A DNA stretch of 61,621 nucleotides, counting the filler, from Chiloscyllium plagiosum (Eukaryota), in assembly GCF_004010195.1 (NCBI RefSeq). It is 3 parts of one record of this genome, joined end to end, with 100 filler letters (N's around TTAATTAATTAA, not from the genome) between each part and the next. Parts side by side here need not be neighbours in the genome. Positions count along the whole stretch, not along the records: positions 14,975 to 44,411 come from NC_057715.1; positions 44,512 to 61,621 come from NC_057715.1; 1 more part is not named here. One strand, given 5' to 3'. A model generated the notes under the pieces. That model had not been told where the DNA came from. It did no database searches and saw only the letters and a list, made by a program, of their open reading frames with translations. Both the position numbers and the translations under genes were made by a program. This document shows positions 36,540 to 50,230 of this stretch, one piece after another. How positions within the stretch are numbered: the first letter of the stretch is position 1; each line of letters opens with the position of its first letter.

Positions 36540-36838
36540 CTGAATGCCCTTGAATTGTGTGGCTTTTCAGAAGGCAGTTAAAAATTAATAACATTGCTGT
36601 TGGTCTCTAGTCACATGAGGGCCTAACCAGGCCTTGGTGACAGATTTCTTTCTCTAAAGTACACCAGTGAACCAGATGGTCTTAGGACAATCACCATTAG
36701 CTACATGGTTACCATTAGACAAGCTTTTAATCTCAATTTCTTTTGTATTTCAAATTTTAACCATCTGCCACGTGGAATTTGAATCATGTTTCCAGAGCAT
36801 TGCCGTGGGGTTCTGAATTACATCCAAGTTACATTACC
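36540..36838 (-). mobile_element. Interspersed SINE-like repeat of a second family (related copies ~50595-50905 and, in the opposite orientation, ~44545-44720)
   Basis: Shared blocks agtcacatg.aggcc, agatttc.tt, agtgaaccagatg and accattag between 36600-36720 and 50675-50800. Confidence 0.55.
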
Positions 36839-36859
36839 TCATGGTTGGCTCTGGTGCAC

Positions 36860-39245
36860 AAGAGTTGAGGAGAACATTATAGTTAGGGGGGATTCAATCG
36901 TAAGGGGTACAGACAGGTATTCCAGTGACTGGAAAGGAGACTCTGGGATTGAAAGAACCTTCCTGGTACCAGGATCAAGGATGTCTCAGAGAGGCTGCAG
37001 GGCTTCCTGAAGTGGGAGGATGAACAGCAAACCATCATTTTACATATCAGTACCAACAACATTGTTACAAAAAAGGGATAAGGTCCCACAAGGTGACTAT
37101 AAGGAATTAGGATGTAAATGGGAAAATAGGACCTCAAAGCCAGTGCCATGTGAGTGTAGAAATAACAGGTCATATCAGATGACTGCATGGCTGGAAAATG
37201 GTGTAGGAGGGAAGGAGGGAGTCAAATTTCTCGGGCACTGAGACTGGGGGAGGTGAGGGTTACACACAAACAGGGCAAGTTGCATCTGGGCAGGACTGGG
37301 ACCAATGTTTGTGAGTGCTATGAGGAAGGGGTTAAAGTAAAATGGAAGGAGGATGGGAATCTGAGCAGGGAGGCAGAGAAGGGGGAAACAAGGGTAGAAA
37401 CAAAAGACAGAGAAGGGGGAAACAAGGGTAGAAACAACTTGAGGATAGACAAGTCCCCCGGGCCTGATGGGATATATCCTAGGATTATGTGGGAAGCAAG
37501 AGAGGAAATTGCAGTACCGTTGGCAATGATCTTTTCATCTTCACTGTCAACGGGGGTGGTACCAGGGGACTTGAGAGTGGCGAATGTTGTGCCCCTGTCC
37601 AAAAAAGGGAATAGGGATAACCCCGAGAATTACAGGCCACTTAGTCTTACTTCGGTGGTAGGCAAAGTAATGGAAAGGATACTGAGGGATAGGATTTATG
37701 AGTATCTGGAAAGACACTGCTTGATTAGGGACAGCCAGAACGGATTTGTGAAGGGTAGGTCTTGCCTTACAAGTCTAATTGAGTTCTTTGAGGAGGTGAC
37801 CAAGCATGTGGATGAGGGTAGAGCAGTAGATGTAGTATACATGGATTTTAGTAAGGCATTTGAAAAGGTTCCCCATGGTAGGCTTATGCGGAAAGTCAGG
37901 AGGCATGGGATAGAGGGAAATTTGGCCAATTGGATAGAAAACTAGCTAACCGGTCGAAGGCAGAGAGTGGTGGTAGATGGTAAATATTCAGCCTGGAGCC
38001 CAGTTACAAGTCGAGTTCCGCAGGGATCAGTTCTGGGTCCTCTGCTGTTTGTAATTTTTATTAATGACTTAGATGAGGGAGTCGAAGGATGGGTCAGTAA
38101 ATTTGCAGATGATACAAAGATTGGTGGAGTTGTGGATAGTGAGAAGGGCTGTTGTCAGCTGCAAAGGAACTTAGATATGATGCAGAGCTGGGCTGAGGAG
38201 TGGCAGATGGAGTTCAACCCTGCCAAGTGTGAGGTTGTCCAGTTTGGAAGAACAAATAAGAATGCGGAATACAGGGTTAACGGTAGGGTTCTTAGCAAGG
38301 TGGAGGAACAGAGAGATCTTGGGGTCCTGTGGGAGTGGTAGAGTCAGAATCTTTGGTGACCTTTAAGCGGCAATTGGATAGGTACATGGATGGGTGCTTA
38401 AGCTAGGACAAATGTTCGGCACAACATCGTGGGCCGAAGGGCCTGTTCTGTGCTGTATTGTTCTATGTTCTATGTTCTACAGTAAAGTAAAAAGTAAAAG
38501 TGGAGGATGGAGAAGACAGCGAGAAACAAATGGGGCCGTAGTGCAAAGGAAAGGTAAGATGATTAACCAGGTGAAAAGCATGTTTAAAGTTTTGTGTATC
38601 TTAATGCACAGACCATTTGCAAAAAAAGTAAATAAATTGAAGAGTATTGAGTACAGGAGTTGGGAGGTCATGTTGGGCTGTACAGGACATTGGTTAGGCC
38701 ACTGTTAAAATATTGCATGCAATTCTGGTCTCCTTCCTATTGGAAAAATGTTGTGAAGCTTGAAAGGATTCAGAAAAGATTAACAAGGATGTTGCCAGCG
38801 TTGGGGATTTGAGCTATGGGGAGACGCTGAACAGGCTGGGGCAGTTTTCCCTGGAGCGTTGAAGGATGAGGGGTGACATTATAGAGGTTTACAAAATTAT
38901 GAGGGGCATGGATAGGATAAATAGATAAAGTATTTTCCCTGGGGTGCGGGAGTCCAGAACTAGAGGGCATAGATTTAGGGTGAGAGCGGAAAGATATAAA
39001 AGAGACCTAAGGGGAAACATTTTCACATAGAGGGTGGTACGTGTATGGAATGAGCTACCAGAGGAAGTGATGAAGTCTGTTACAAATGTAACATTTAAAA
39101 GGCATTTGGATGGTTATATGAAGAGTTTGGAGGGATATGGGCCAGGTGCTGGCAGGTGGGACTAGATTTGGTGGGATATCTTGGTCGGCATGGACGAGTT
39201 GGACCGAAGGGTCTGTTTCCATACTGTACATCTCTATGACTCTAT
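36860..39245 (+). mobile_element. Nested CR1 cluster: ORF1 esterase fragment, young RT segment (37438-38479) and another 3' end (38640-39245)
   Basis: IVRGDSIVRGTDR (SGNH-like); KSPGPDGIYPR...NYRPLSLTS...YMDFSKAF..VPH; PQGSVLGPLLFVIFINDL...KFADDTK; premature TAG at 37943-37945. Confidence 0.9.
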
Positions 39246-39255
39246 ATAAACATGA

Positions 39256-39453
39256 TTCAGAGATGCTGGTGTTGGACTGGGGTGTACAAAGTTAAAAATC
39301 ACACAACACCAGGTTATAGTCCAACAGGTTTAATTGGAAGCACTAGCTTTTGGAGCGATGCTCCTTCATCAGGTGATTGAGCGTCGCTCCAAAAGCTAGT
39401 GTGCTTCCAATTAAACCTGTTGGACTATAACCTGGTGTTGTGTGATTTTTAAC
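39256..39453. mobile_element. Penelope-derived hairpin of a third subfamily with a - strand hammerhead core
   Basis: ~75-bp near-perfect arms agttaaaaatcacacaacaccagg... / ...cctggtgttgtgtgatttttaact; reverse strand cac-CTGATGA-A-GGAGC-ATC-GCTCC-AAAA-GCTA-gtg at 39341-39375. Confidence 0.78.
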
Positions 39454-39454
39454 T

Positions 39455-41350
39455 ATATAAACAACGATGTGATATAGTTACAATTATGGAGATAAGACTG
39501 CAGGGTGATTGAGGATGGGAACTGAACATCCAGGGGTATTCATTATTTCAGAAGCACAGACGAAAAGGGAAAATGTGACGAAGTAGCATTGTTAGTGAAG
39601 GAATAAATTAATGCAATAGTAAGGAAAGATATTAGTATAGAAAATCATAATGTGGAATCTCTTGATGGAGATAAGAAGCACCAAAGGGCAGAAAATATTT
39701 TTGGGTAGTTGTCTATAGGTCCCCAAACATTAGTGCAGATATAAGGAAGGTAACAAACTGGAAATTAGAAATACATGCAGTAAGAGTGCAACCGTAATCA
39801 TGGATGACTTTAGTCTACTATTAGATTGAACAAACCAAACTGGTAATAATACTGTAGAGGGAGATTTCCTGGAGTGTATACATGATGGATTTTTCTTTAG
39901 ACCAATACATTGAGGAACCTACTGGCTGGGAATGGTGCAATGAAAAAAGATTAATTATATAAAATGATTGAATTGTTCATTTTAATGGAGTGTGAAGCAG
40001 TTGAATTCAAAACTAAGATTCTGAATCTAAAGAAAGGGAGAAATGAGGATATAAGGTGTGAGTTGCTGATGATGGATTGGGTAACCAAACCGAAAGCATC
40101 AACAGTGGCTAATCTTTAAGAAATAAGTGCATGAATTACAACAACTATTCATTTCTATGTGATGCAAAAATAACACTGGAAAGGTGGCTCAACTCTGACT
40201 TATAAAATAAATTAGGGATAGTATTAGATCCAGTCCATCAGCCTTCCATCCATTGACTCCATTAGTACTTCCCACTGCCTCGGGAAAGCAACCAATATAA
40301 TCAAAGACCTCTCCCACCCTGGTTATATGCTCTTCCACCCTCTTCCATTGGGCAGGAGATATAAAAATTTGAATATACATATTAACATGGATAGGGCAGG
40401 AACAGGAATGATTGTTGCAGGTTCCAGTAAAACAGGGAAGGAGGTAAAAGAGGGGGAGGTGTGACATTGTTCGTCATGGACAGTATTACGGTGGCAGAAA
40501 GGACATTTGATGAGGACTCATCTACTGAGGTAGTACGGGCTGAGGTTAGAAACAGGAAAGGAGAGGTCACCCAGTTGGGAGTTTTCTGTAGTCCTCCAAA
40601 TACTTCCAGAGATGTAGAGGAAAGGATAACAAAGATGATTCTGGATAGGAATGAGAATAACAGGGTAGTTGTTATGGGGGCCTTTAACTTTCCTAATATT
40701 GACAGGAAACACTATAGTTCAAGTACTTTAGATGGGTCAGTTTTTGACCATTGTGTGCAGAATGGTTTCCTGACATAGTATGTAGATAGGCCAAAAAGGG
40801 GCGAGGCAACAGTGGATTTGGTACTGGGTAATGAACCCTACCAGGGGTTAGATTTGGAGATAGGTGAGCACTTTGGCGATAGTGACCACAATTCGGTTAT
40901 GTTTACTTTAATGATGGAAAGGAATAGGTACATACCGCAGGGCAAGAGTCATTGCTGGAGGAAAGGCAATTATGGTGCGATTAGGCAAAATTTAGGATGC
41001 ATTGGATGGGGAAGGAAACATCAGGGGATGGGTACAATTGAAATGTGGAGCTTATTCAAGGAACAGCCACTGCGTGTCCTTGATAAGTATGTGCCTGTCA
41101 GGCAGGGAGGAAGTGGTCGAGCGAAGGAACCGTGGTTTACTAAAGAAGTTGAATCTCTTGTCAAGAGGAAGAAGGATACTTATGTAAAGATGAGATGTGA
41201 AGGCTCACTTAGGGCGCTTGAAAGTTACAAGTTGGCCAGGAAGGACCGAAAGATTGAGCTAAGAAGAGCCAGGAGGGGACATAAGAAGTCTTTGGCAGAT
41301 AGGATCAAGGAAAACCCTAAAGCTTTCTATCGGTATGTCAGGAATAAAAG
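39455..41350 (+). mobile_element. CR1 endonuclease fragments with a short Rex1/Babar 3' piece at ~40228-40385
   Basis: VVVMGAFNFPNID, DLVLGNE, GDSDHN; Rex1 piece reads HCLGKATNIIKDLSHPG..LFHPLPLGRRYK. Confidence 0.8.
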
Positions 41351-41354
41351 AAGG

Positions 41355-43988
41355 TACAAAAACTAGCATAAAGGCACTTTACCTGAATTGTCGGAGCATT
41401 CGAAACAAGGTAGATGAGTTAATGGCACTAATCATGGCAAATAAATATGATTTAGTAGCTGTTATGGAGACATGATTACAGGATGGTCACAACTGGGAGT
41501 TAAGTATCCAATGTATCAGAATATTTGGTACGGGAGGTGGATTAGAGTGGTGCTTCTCAGATGCTGCCTGACCTGCTGTGATTTTCCAGCATCACTCTAA
41601 TCTAGACTCTGATTTCCAGCCTCTGCAGTCCTCCTTTTGCCTAAGTAAGGGAGGTGATGTAGATCGGCTATTTAAGGATGACATCAGGGTGATGATGAGA
41701 GAAGGCATAGGTTCTATGGAGAATCAGCTTGAATTAATTTGGGTGGAAATTAGAAATGCTAACAAGCAAAGGTCACTGGTTTGCATAGTCTTTAGGCCGG
41801 TAAAATGAAGGGCTGTTGCCCGAAACGTCGATTTTACTGCTCCTCGGATGCTGCCTGAACTGCTGTGCTCTTCCAGCACCACTAATCCAGAAAATAGTCT
41901 TTAGGCCACCAAATAATAACATCTCATTGCGGTGGGCAGTAAACAAGGAAATAACTAATGCCTGTAAAAATGGTATGGCGATTATCTTGGGGGATTTTGA
42001 TCTACGTGTCAATTGGTCGAACCAGCTCGGTCAGGGTAGCCTTGAAGAGGAGTTCATTGAGTCTATCCGTGATAGTTTTCTGCAACAGTATGTAATGGAA
42101 CTGTACAGGGAGCAAGCTATCCTAGATCTGGTCCTGTGTAATCAGACAGGAATAATTAATGAGGGCATAGTTAGGGATCCTCTTGAAAGGAGCGATTGCA
42201 GTATGGTTTGTTTTAGAATACAGATAGAAAGTGCAACAGTAAAATCCAATACCAGGGTCCTGTACTTAAACAAGGGAGACCACAACAGGATGAGGGAGGA
42301 GTTGGCTAAAGTAGACTGGAAGCAAAGACTTTATGGTGGGACAGTTGAAGAACAATGGAGTAATGTTTACAGTAGTGTAAACATTGATCCTTTAGGGAAT
42401 GAGAAGGGGGATTTAATAATGGGAAATGAGGAAATATCTGAGGCATTGAAGAGGTATTTTGTGTCGGTCTTCATAGTGAAGGATATGAACAACATGCCAG
42501 TAATTGACAAAGAGATTAAGGTAGGTGAGGACCTAAAAACAATCATTATCACAAGAGAGGTAGTGTGGGGCAAGCTATTGTAGCTAAGGATAGACAAGTC
42601 TCCTGGCCCTAATGGAATGCATCCCAGGGTACTAAACGAGATGGTGGGAGAAATAGCAAATGCACTTCTGATAATTTTCCATAATTCACTGGACTCTGGA
42701 ACAGTTCCAGCAAATTGGAAAACAGCAAATGTGATGCCAATGTTTGAAAAGGAAATAGACAAAAGATGGGGAATTATAGGCCAGTTAGCTTAACTTCTGT
42801 AGTAGGGAAAATGCTTGAATCTATCATCAAGGAAGGAAATAGCAAGACATCTAGATATAAATTGTCCCGTTGGGCAGGCACAGCATGGGTTCATGGAGGG
42901 TAGGTCATGTTTAACTAATTTACTGGAATTCTATGAAGACATTATGAGTGTGGTGGATAATGGGACCTAGTAGATGTGGTGTATCTAGATTTCCAAAAGC
43001 CATTCGACAAGGTGCCGCACAAAAGGCTGCTGCATAAAATAAAGGTGCATGGCATCATGGGTTAAGTATTAGCATGGATAGAGGATTGGTTGACTAACAG
43101 GAGGCAAAGAGTAAGGATAAATGAATGCTATTCTGTTTGGCAATCAGTGACGAGTGGTGTGCCTCAGGGATCAGTGTTGGGATCGCAATTGTTTCCAATT
43201 TATATAGATGATTTGGAGTTGGGGACCACGTGTAGTGTGTCAAAGTTTAGGGATGACACTAAGATGAGTGGCAGAGCAAGTGTGCAGAGAATTCTGAAAG
43301 TTTGCAGACGGATATAGATAGTTTAGGTGAGTTGGCAAAGGTCTGGCAGATGTTAATAAATATGAAGTCATCATAACAGTAAAAAGGACTATTAATTGAA
43401 CATAAGAAATTGCAGCGTGCTGCTGTGCAGAGGGACCTGGTTGTCCTTGTGCATGAATTGCAGAAGGTTGGCCTACATGTGCAGCAAGTAATTAAAAGGG
43501 CCAATGAAATTTTGTCCTTCATTTGTAAAAGGATTGAGTTTAAAAGCAGGGAGGTTATGTTGCAGCTGTACAGCATGCTGGTGAGGCCACACCTGGAGTA
43601 CTGTGTGCAGGTTTGGTCTCCTTGAGAAAGGATGTTCTGGCACTGGAGGGGGTGCAGAGGAGGTTCACTAGGTTGGTGCCAGAGTTGAGGGGGTTGGCTT
43701 ATGAGAAGAGGCTGAGTAGACTGGGATTACATTCACTGGAATTTAGAAAATGAGGGGGGATCTTATAGAAACATATAAAATTATGAAGGGAATAGCTAAG
43801 GTAGATGTAGAGAGGACATTTACATTGGCAGGTGAAACTAGGACAAGAGGGCATAGCCTCAAAATTAGGGGATCAGATTTAGGACTGAATTGAGAAGGAA
43901 ATTCTTCACCCCGAGGGTTGTAAATCTGTGGAATTCCCTGCCCAGTGAAGTATGTGAGGCTTCCTCATTGAATGTTTTTAAAGCTAAG
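41355..43988 (+). mobile_element. Near-complete but disrupted CR1 ORF2 (endonuclease + RT); 3' end continues at ~45590-45760
   Basis: IILGDFDL, ILDLVLCN, KSPGPNGMHPR, GVPQGSVLG...KFRDDTK, LVRPHLEYCVQVWSP; multiple frameshifts. Confidence 0.9.
41799..41893 (+). mobile_element. Penelope pLTR mini-insertion with 14-bp TSD
   Basis: ATAGTCTTTAGGCC at 41785-41798 and 41894-41907; contains gggctgttgcccGAAACGTC; another small Penelope remnant at ~41535-41643. Confidence 0.85.
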
Positions 43989-44411
43989 AGGTTTGCTAGT
44001 GCTCTTGGTGGGGGGGGGTTTAAACTAACTCTGCAGGGGCATGGGAACCTAGACTGTAGCTTTAAGGTGCAGGATCTGGAGTGTAGGGAGGTAAGGAACA
44101 TGGCAATCTCAAAGAAGGGTGCCTGTAAACAGGAAAGTGGCTTGAAGTGTGTATACTTCAATGCAAGAAGTATACAAAATAAGGTAGGTGAACTTGCAGC
44201 GTGGGTTGGTACCTGGGATTTCGATGTTGTGGCTATTACGGAGACATGGGTAGAACAGGGACAGGATTGGCAGTTGCGGGTTCCAGGATTTAAATGTTTT
44301 AGTAGGGAGAGGGGTGGGGGTAAAAGAGGGGGAGGTGTGGCATTGCTTGTCAAAGATAGTATTACAGCGGTGGAAAGGACGATGGATGAAGACTCACCAT
44401 CTGAGGTAGTT
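43989..44411 (+). mobile_element. CR1 ORF1 end / ORF2 endonuclease N-terminus
   Basis: LKCVYFNARSIQNK...DVVAITETW...RGGGVALLVK. Confidence 0.88.
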
Positions 44412-45144
44412 NNNNNNNNNNNNNNNNNNNNNNNNNNNNNNNNNNNNNNNNNNNNTTAATTAATTAANNNNNNNNNNNNNNNNNNNNNNNNNNNNNNNNN
44501 NNNNNNNNNNNCTGCTCCGTGTGTTTCAGATAGGTCCCCATGTGGAGATGGTGCTGTTGTGGAAATATCACTGGATTACTAATCCAGACCAAGCTAATTC
44601 TCTGGCAGGCGGTGGAAGTTATAATTAATAAAATATCAAGACGTAAAACCTGGAGTCATTAACAGTGACCTTGAAGCCAATGTCGATTGTAAACACTAAT
44701 TTCCTTCCTCAATATACTTTCAGGAATTGAATCTCGGGTGCTTTCCTGGTCTGGCCTAAAAGTGAATCCAGACACACAGATATGTGGAAAACTCTTCAAT
44801 GGTCTCAGAAACGGCCAAGCAAGACTCTCTATTGTATCAAACTGCTCCGAAGCCTTAAAGGATAAAGCTGTACAGATCACCCGGCACCAGCCTCAGTAGT
44901 GGAACGGGAAACACTATCCTATTGACCCTGCAGAGAGCTCCTTCCTAACATCTGAGAGCTGGTGGCAATATTTACAGAGTTTTCCCACAGACTGCACAGA
45001 AACTTCGGGAAAGGAGTAGGTCATTCAATACACTGAGCATCCCCCATTCTAGTTCATGGTGAAAATCTCCTCAATTCAGTTTTCAACACACATATCCTTT
45101 AGCATGTTTAATCATCGGAACACATAAAATATGAACTACTTTTT

Positions 45145-45590
45145 ACCAGGATGTTGCCTGGTATGGTAGGAAGATTGTGTGAGGAAAGGCTGAGGCACTT
45201 GGGGTTGTTTTCATTGGAGAAAAGAAGGTTTGGGGTGACTTGATAGAGGTGTACAAGATGATTAGGGGTTTAGTTAGGGTTGACCATGAGAACCTTTTTC
45301 CATGTATGGAGTCAGCTATTACGAGGGGGCATAGTTTTAAATTAAGGGGTGGTAGGTATAGGACAGATGTTAGGGGTAGATTCTTTACTCAGCGAGTCGT
45401 GAGTTCATGGAATGCCCTGTCAGTAGCAGTGGTGGACTCTCCCACTTTATGGGCATTTAAACGGGCATTGGATAGGCATATGTAGGATAGTGGGCTAGTG
45501 TAGGTTAGGTGGGCTTGGATCGGCGCAACATCGAGGGCCAAAGGGCCTGTACTGTGCTGTATTTTTCTATGTTCTATGTTCTATGTTCTA
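45145..45590 (+). mobile_element. Young CR1 3' end with (TTCTATG)n tail
   Basis: ORF 45240-45485; reverse-complement-similar to 14212-14640 and 53982-54254. Confidence 0.9.
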
Positions 45591-45814
45591 AGATTGAGAT
45601 AATTTTTGAACAATAAAGGAATTAAGGGATACGGTGGGAGGGTGGGTAAGTGGAGTTGAGGCCATGAAAAGATCAGCCATGATCTTATTGAATGGTGAAG
45701 CAGGCTCGAAGGGCCGAATGGCCTACTCCTGCTCCTGGTTCTTCCGTTTTTACGTTCCTTTAAGATGCTAGGATAAAATTCTTCTGGATCTGGGGACTTG
45801 TCAACTCACAACTG

Positions 45815-46028
45815 TACCCCAGTCTGACCTATCACCCTCACCTTGACCTCTTTCCACCTATCGCATTTCCGACGCCCGTCCCCCAAGTCCCTCCTCCCTA
45901 CCTTTTTTCTTTGCCTGCTGGACACACTTTCCTCATTCCTGAAGAAGGGCTTATGCCCGAAACGTCGATTCTCCGGTTCCCTGGATGCTGCCTTACCTGC
46001 TGCGCTTTTCCAGCAACACATTTTCAAC
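45815..46028 (+). mobile_element. Penelope pLTR insertion with an intact hammerhead core and 14-bp TSD
   Basis: TCAACTCACAACTG at 45801-45814 and 46024-46037; CTGAAGA 45939-45945, GAAACGTC 45959-45966. Confidence 0.87.
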
Positions 46029-46410
46029 TCACAACTGCAACAATTTAATTCATGCGGCTTCCCCGGTTAATGTAATATTTTGAGTTGTACCCTCCCTTTC
46101 AATTCCTGACTTACAGCTATTTTTGGAATGCTACATATATCCTCTCCAGTGAAAACTGATGTTCAATTCATGTGCCATCCCTTTATCTCCATTACTAATT
46201 CCACAGACACATTTTCGGTAGGACCATCACCTACTTTGTTAACGTATTTTTTAAATAGCTAAATGAAATTTCCAATTTTTTTCATCTATCTCTTGTATTC
46301 GTGTGTCTAGTGTGCAGCATCCAGTGCCTCAACCATTTATTGATATTACGAGAATGAATCGAATTATTTAAAGACTGGCATCTGCAATGCTAGGGATCCC
46401 TGTAGAATGT

Positions 46411-47162
46411 GGTAAAAACAATGACTGCAGATGCTGGAAACCAGATTCTGGATTAGTGGTGCTGGAACAGCACAGCAGGTCAGGCAGCATCCAAGGAGCA
46501 GCAAAATCGACGTTTCGGGCAAAAACCCTTCATCAGGAATAAAGGAAGTGAGCCTGGAGCGTGGAGAGATAAGCTAGAGGAGGGTGGGAGTGGGGAGAAA
46601 GTAAGATAGAGTACAATGGGTGAGTGGGGGAGGGGATGAAGGTGATAGGTCAGGGAGGAGAGGGTGGAGTGGATAGGTGGAAAAGGAGATAGGCAGGTAG
46701 GACAAGTCCGGACAAGTCATGGGGACAGTGCTGAGCTGGAAGTTTGGAACGAGGGTGAGGTGGGGGAAGGGGAAATGAGGAAACTGNNNNNNNNNNNNNN
46801 NNNNNNNNNNNNNNNNNNNNNNNNNNNNNNNNNNNNNNNNNNNNNNNNNNNNNNNNNNNNNNNNNNNNNNNNNNNNNNNNNNNNNNNNNNNNNNNNNNNN
46901 NNNNNNNNNNNNNNNNNNNNNNNNNNNNNNNNNNNNNNNNNNNNNNNNNNNNNNNNNNNNNNNNNNNNNNNNNNNNNNNNNGGAAAGGGGTGGGGAGGGA
47001 AATATATCCCTGGTGGTGGGGTCTTTTTGGAGGTGGCGGAAATGTCGGCGGATGATTTGGTTTATGCGAAGGTTGGTAGGGTGGAAGGTGAGCAACAGGG
47101 GCATTCTGTCCTTGTTACGGTTGGTGGGGTGGGGTCTGAGGGCGGAGGTGCGGGATGTGAAC
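46411..47162 (-). mobile_element. Penelope-like element 3' portion spanning a gap
   Basis: ORF 46574-47173 NKDRMPLLLTFHPTNLRINQIIRRHFRHLQKDPTTRDIFPSPPL resembles the RT-to-GIY-YIG linker; reverse-strand hammerhead core at 46509-46536. Confidence 0.85.
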
Positions 47163-47220
47163 GAATGTGTCATTCTCTAGCACTTCTGGCTGAAGATTAC
47201 TAAGACAAAAAGACCACAAG

Positions 47221-47510
47221 GGGATGGCTCAGTGGTTAGCACTATAGCCTCTCAGTGTCAGGGACCCGGGTTCGATTCGAGCCTCGGGCAACTGTCTGTG
47301 TGGAGGTTGCACATTCTCCCCGTGTCTATGTGGGTTTCCTCTGGGTGCTCCTCCCACATCCAAAGATGTGCAGGTCAGGTGGATTGGCCATGCTAAATTG
47401 CCCATAGTATTAGGTGCATTAGTCAGAGGGAATGGGTCTGGGTGGGTTACTCTTTGGAGGGTCGGTATGGACTTGTTGGGCCGAAGGGCCTGTTTCCACA
47501 CTGTAATCTA
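47221..47510 (+). mobile_element. HE1-type V-SINE
   Basis: TGGCTCAGTGGTTAGCAC (A box), GGTTCGATTCG (B box), tail gggcctgtttccacactgtaatct. Confidence 0.9.
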
Positions 47511-50230
47511 AGCAGGAACAGGGTAGGCCATTCAGCCCCTTGAGCCTGCTCCGCCATTCCTTGGATCATGGCTGATCTGACACTCAATTCACTTTCCTGC
47601 CCTTTCTCCATTACTCTCGACTCCCCGACTGATCAAGAAACTATCTGTCTCAGCTACAAATATACACAAGGACTCTGACCCCATAGCTCTCTGTGGCAAG
47701 GAGTTTCGAAGACTTACAATCCTCTGAGAGAAGAAGTTCTTGCTCATCTTTGTCTTAAATTAGCACCCTTAATTCTGAGACAATGCCTTCTGGTTGTAGA
47801 CTCTTCAATGAGGGGAAACATCCTCTCAACATTTACCTTATTAACCTCCTCAAGAATCCTATATGTTTCAATAACCCCACCTCTCACTTTCCTAAACTCC
47901 AGTGAATAGAGTTTAGCTGTTGCTCATAAGATGATCCCTTTATACCAGGGATCATCCGACAGAATCTTTTCTGAACTGCCTCCAATGATATAATATATTT
48001 TCTTAAATAAGAATGCTTCAGCCTTATCTCTGGCTCTGATTTATTGGGCTCTAATATCATTGAGGATCGGAATATTTGTAGAGTCTCTATCTCCAGTGAT
48101 TTGTATAATTGTTTATGACCATTCATGACTGAATGTGACAGGCTGCACAGCTTGGATTTGATTCACTGGATGTAGAATCACTTAGCCCTGTCTCACTCTT
48201 GCTGCTTATGCTGTCTGGCACATGCATTTTCCTTTATGGTAACTCCACCAGACTAACCTAGGTATGCCTGGTGCTGCCCTTGGCATTTCCCTCTGCCTTC
48301 TTAGATTGTCGAGTAGATCAAGAGAAATACCTCTTTCTTGTAAAAGGAACAAAAACAAGGGAGCACAGATTTAAAATTATGTGCAAATGAAGCAAGGGTG
48401 ACATGAGAAAAAATTTTCACTCAGCGAATAGTTAGGGTATAGAATACACTTCCTGAAAATTTGGTGAGGACAGGTTTAATTGAAGCATTCAAAAGGGCAT
48501 TGAATGGTTATTTGGATGGAAATGAAATGAAAACATGTGGAGAGAAAGCAGGAAATTGGCACAAGGTAGTGATACAAGTTTGAAGAGTTGATTCAGAAAT
48601 GTTCCACTGGATGGCCTCCTCCAGTGCGTAACGATTTTATGATTCTTGATTGAACCAGGGTTAATTCCCTGGCTCGATGGTAACAGTACAGTGAGGGATA
48701 TAGAGTTGTATAGCATAGAAACAAGCCCTTTTCCCCACTATGTCTATGCTGAAGAACAAACACCAAACTACATTAATCCCATTTCACTACACTTGGTCCA
48801 TAGCCTACTATACCCTGGCATTTTAAATGCTCATCAGATGTTTCTTCAATGTTATGAGAGTACCTACTTCCACTACCCTCTCAGGCAGCACGCCCCATAT
48901 TTCTACCACCATCTGCATGAAAGCAAAATTCCTCAGATCTCCTCTAAACCACTTATCTCTCATCTTAAACTTATGCACTTTGGTCTTAGGCACGTCTGCC
49001 ATAGGCAAAAGATTCTCATGATCTACTCTGTCATATCCCCACCCAGTCGCCTCTGCTCTAATGAAAGCAAGCCCAGCCTATCCAGTCTCTCCTCATAACT
49101 GTGACTTTTCATCTCAGGCAACATCCTGATGAATCTCCTCTGTATCCTCTCCAGGACAATCATGTCCTTCTGATAGTGTTGTGATCAGAACTCCACACAC
49201 ATGTTCCATCTGTGGCCTAACCAATACTTTGCAAAGACTTCCTTGCTCATATATACTCTATGCCTTGGCTAATGAAGGCAAGCATCCCATATGCCTTCAC
49301 TACCCTGTCGACCTGCGCTGACACCTTCGGCAATCTACGGACGTGTACACCATGGTCCAAGATCCTTTTATTCTTCAGTACTTCCTAGAGGCCTACCATT
49401 CATTGTGCATGTCCTTACTTTATTCGACCTCTCAAAATGCATCACTTCATCACACTTATTAGGATTAAATTCCATCTGCCATTGCTCTGCTCAATTTATC
49501 AGATTAATCTCAGACTGTAACCTGACTGTAATCCTCCTCACTGTCATCAACACCACCAATTTTTGTGTCATGTGTAAACTTCCTAATTATTCCTTCTACA
49601 TCCACGTCGAAGTCATTAAAGCACTTAAAAAAGTGAGGGTTTCAGCACCAATCCCTATGGTACATCACTGGTCACAGTTTTCCAATCACAGGAACATCCC
49701 TCCACCATCACCTTTTGCCTCCTATCTGGAAGCTAATTTTGATTCCAGTTTGCCAACCTGTCTTAAATCCTATGGGCTATTACCTTTTGGACTAGCCTTC
49801 CACGTGGGACCTTGTCAAAGGCCTTTCTGAAGTCCATATAAACCACATCAACTGTACATATTTACATATTTAGTCACCATTTAAAAAAAACAGTTAAATT
49901 AATCAGACAAGATCTCCTTCCAACAAATCTGTGCAAACTATCCTTGATCAATCCCTGCTTTTCCAAGTGTTGAGTAACTATGTCCTTCAGAATTTTTTCC
50001 AATAATTTCCTTGCCACTGATGTCAGACTAACTGCTCTGTAATTACCCGTCTGATCCCTGCTGATCTTCTTGAACAAAGGAACAACATTAACTATCCTCC
50101 AGCCATCTGGACTTCACCTGTAACCTGTGAAGTATTAGATATCCCTGCCATCTCCTCCATTGCTTCCCATAGCAGCCTAGGATATATCTCATCAGGTTCT
50201 GGGAATTTATACACCTTTATCCCTGCTTTA
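47511..50230. mobile_element. CR1 fragments (47511-48015 -, ~48300-48650 +, ~48700-50230 -)
   Basis: ORFs 47884-48126, 48823-49008 and 49874-50077 (GNYRAVSLTSVARKLLE). Confidence 0.82.

Noticed and set aside
37187..38341. Active CR1 reverse transcriptase gene
   Set aside because: 5'-truncated, premature TAG at 37943-37945 and an internal deletion near 38327
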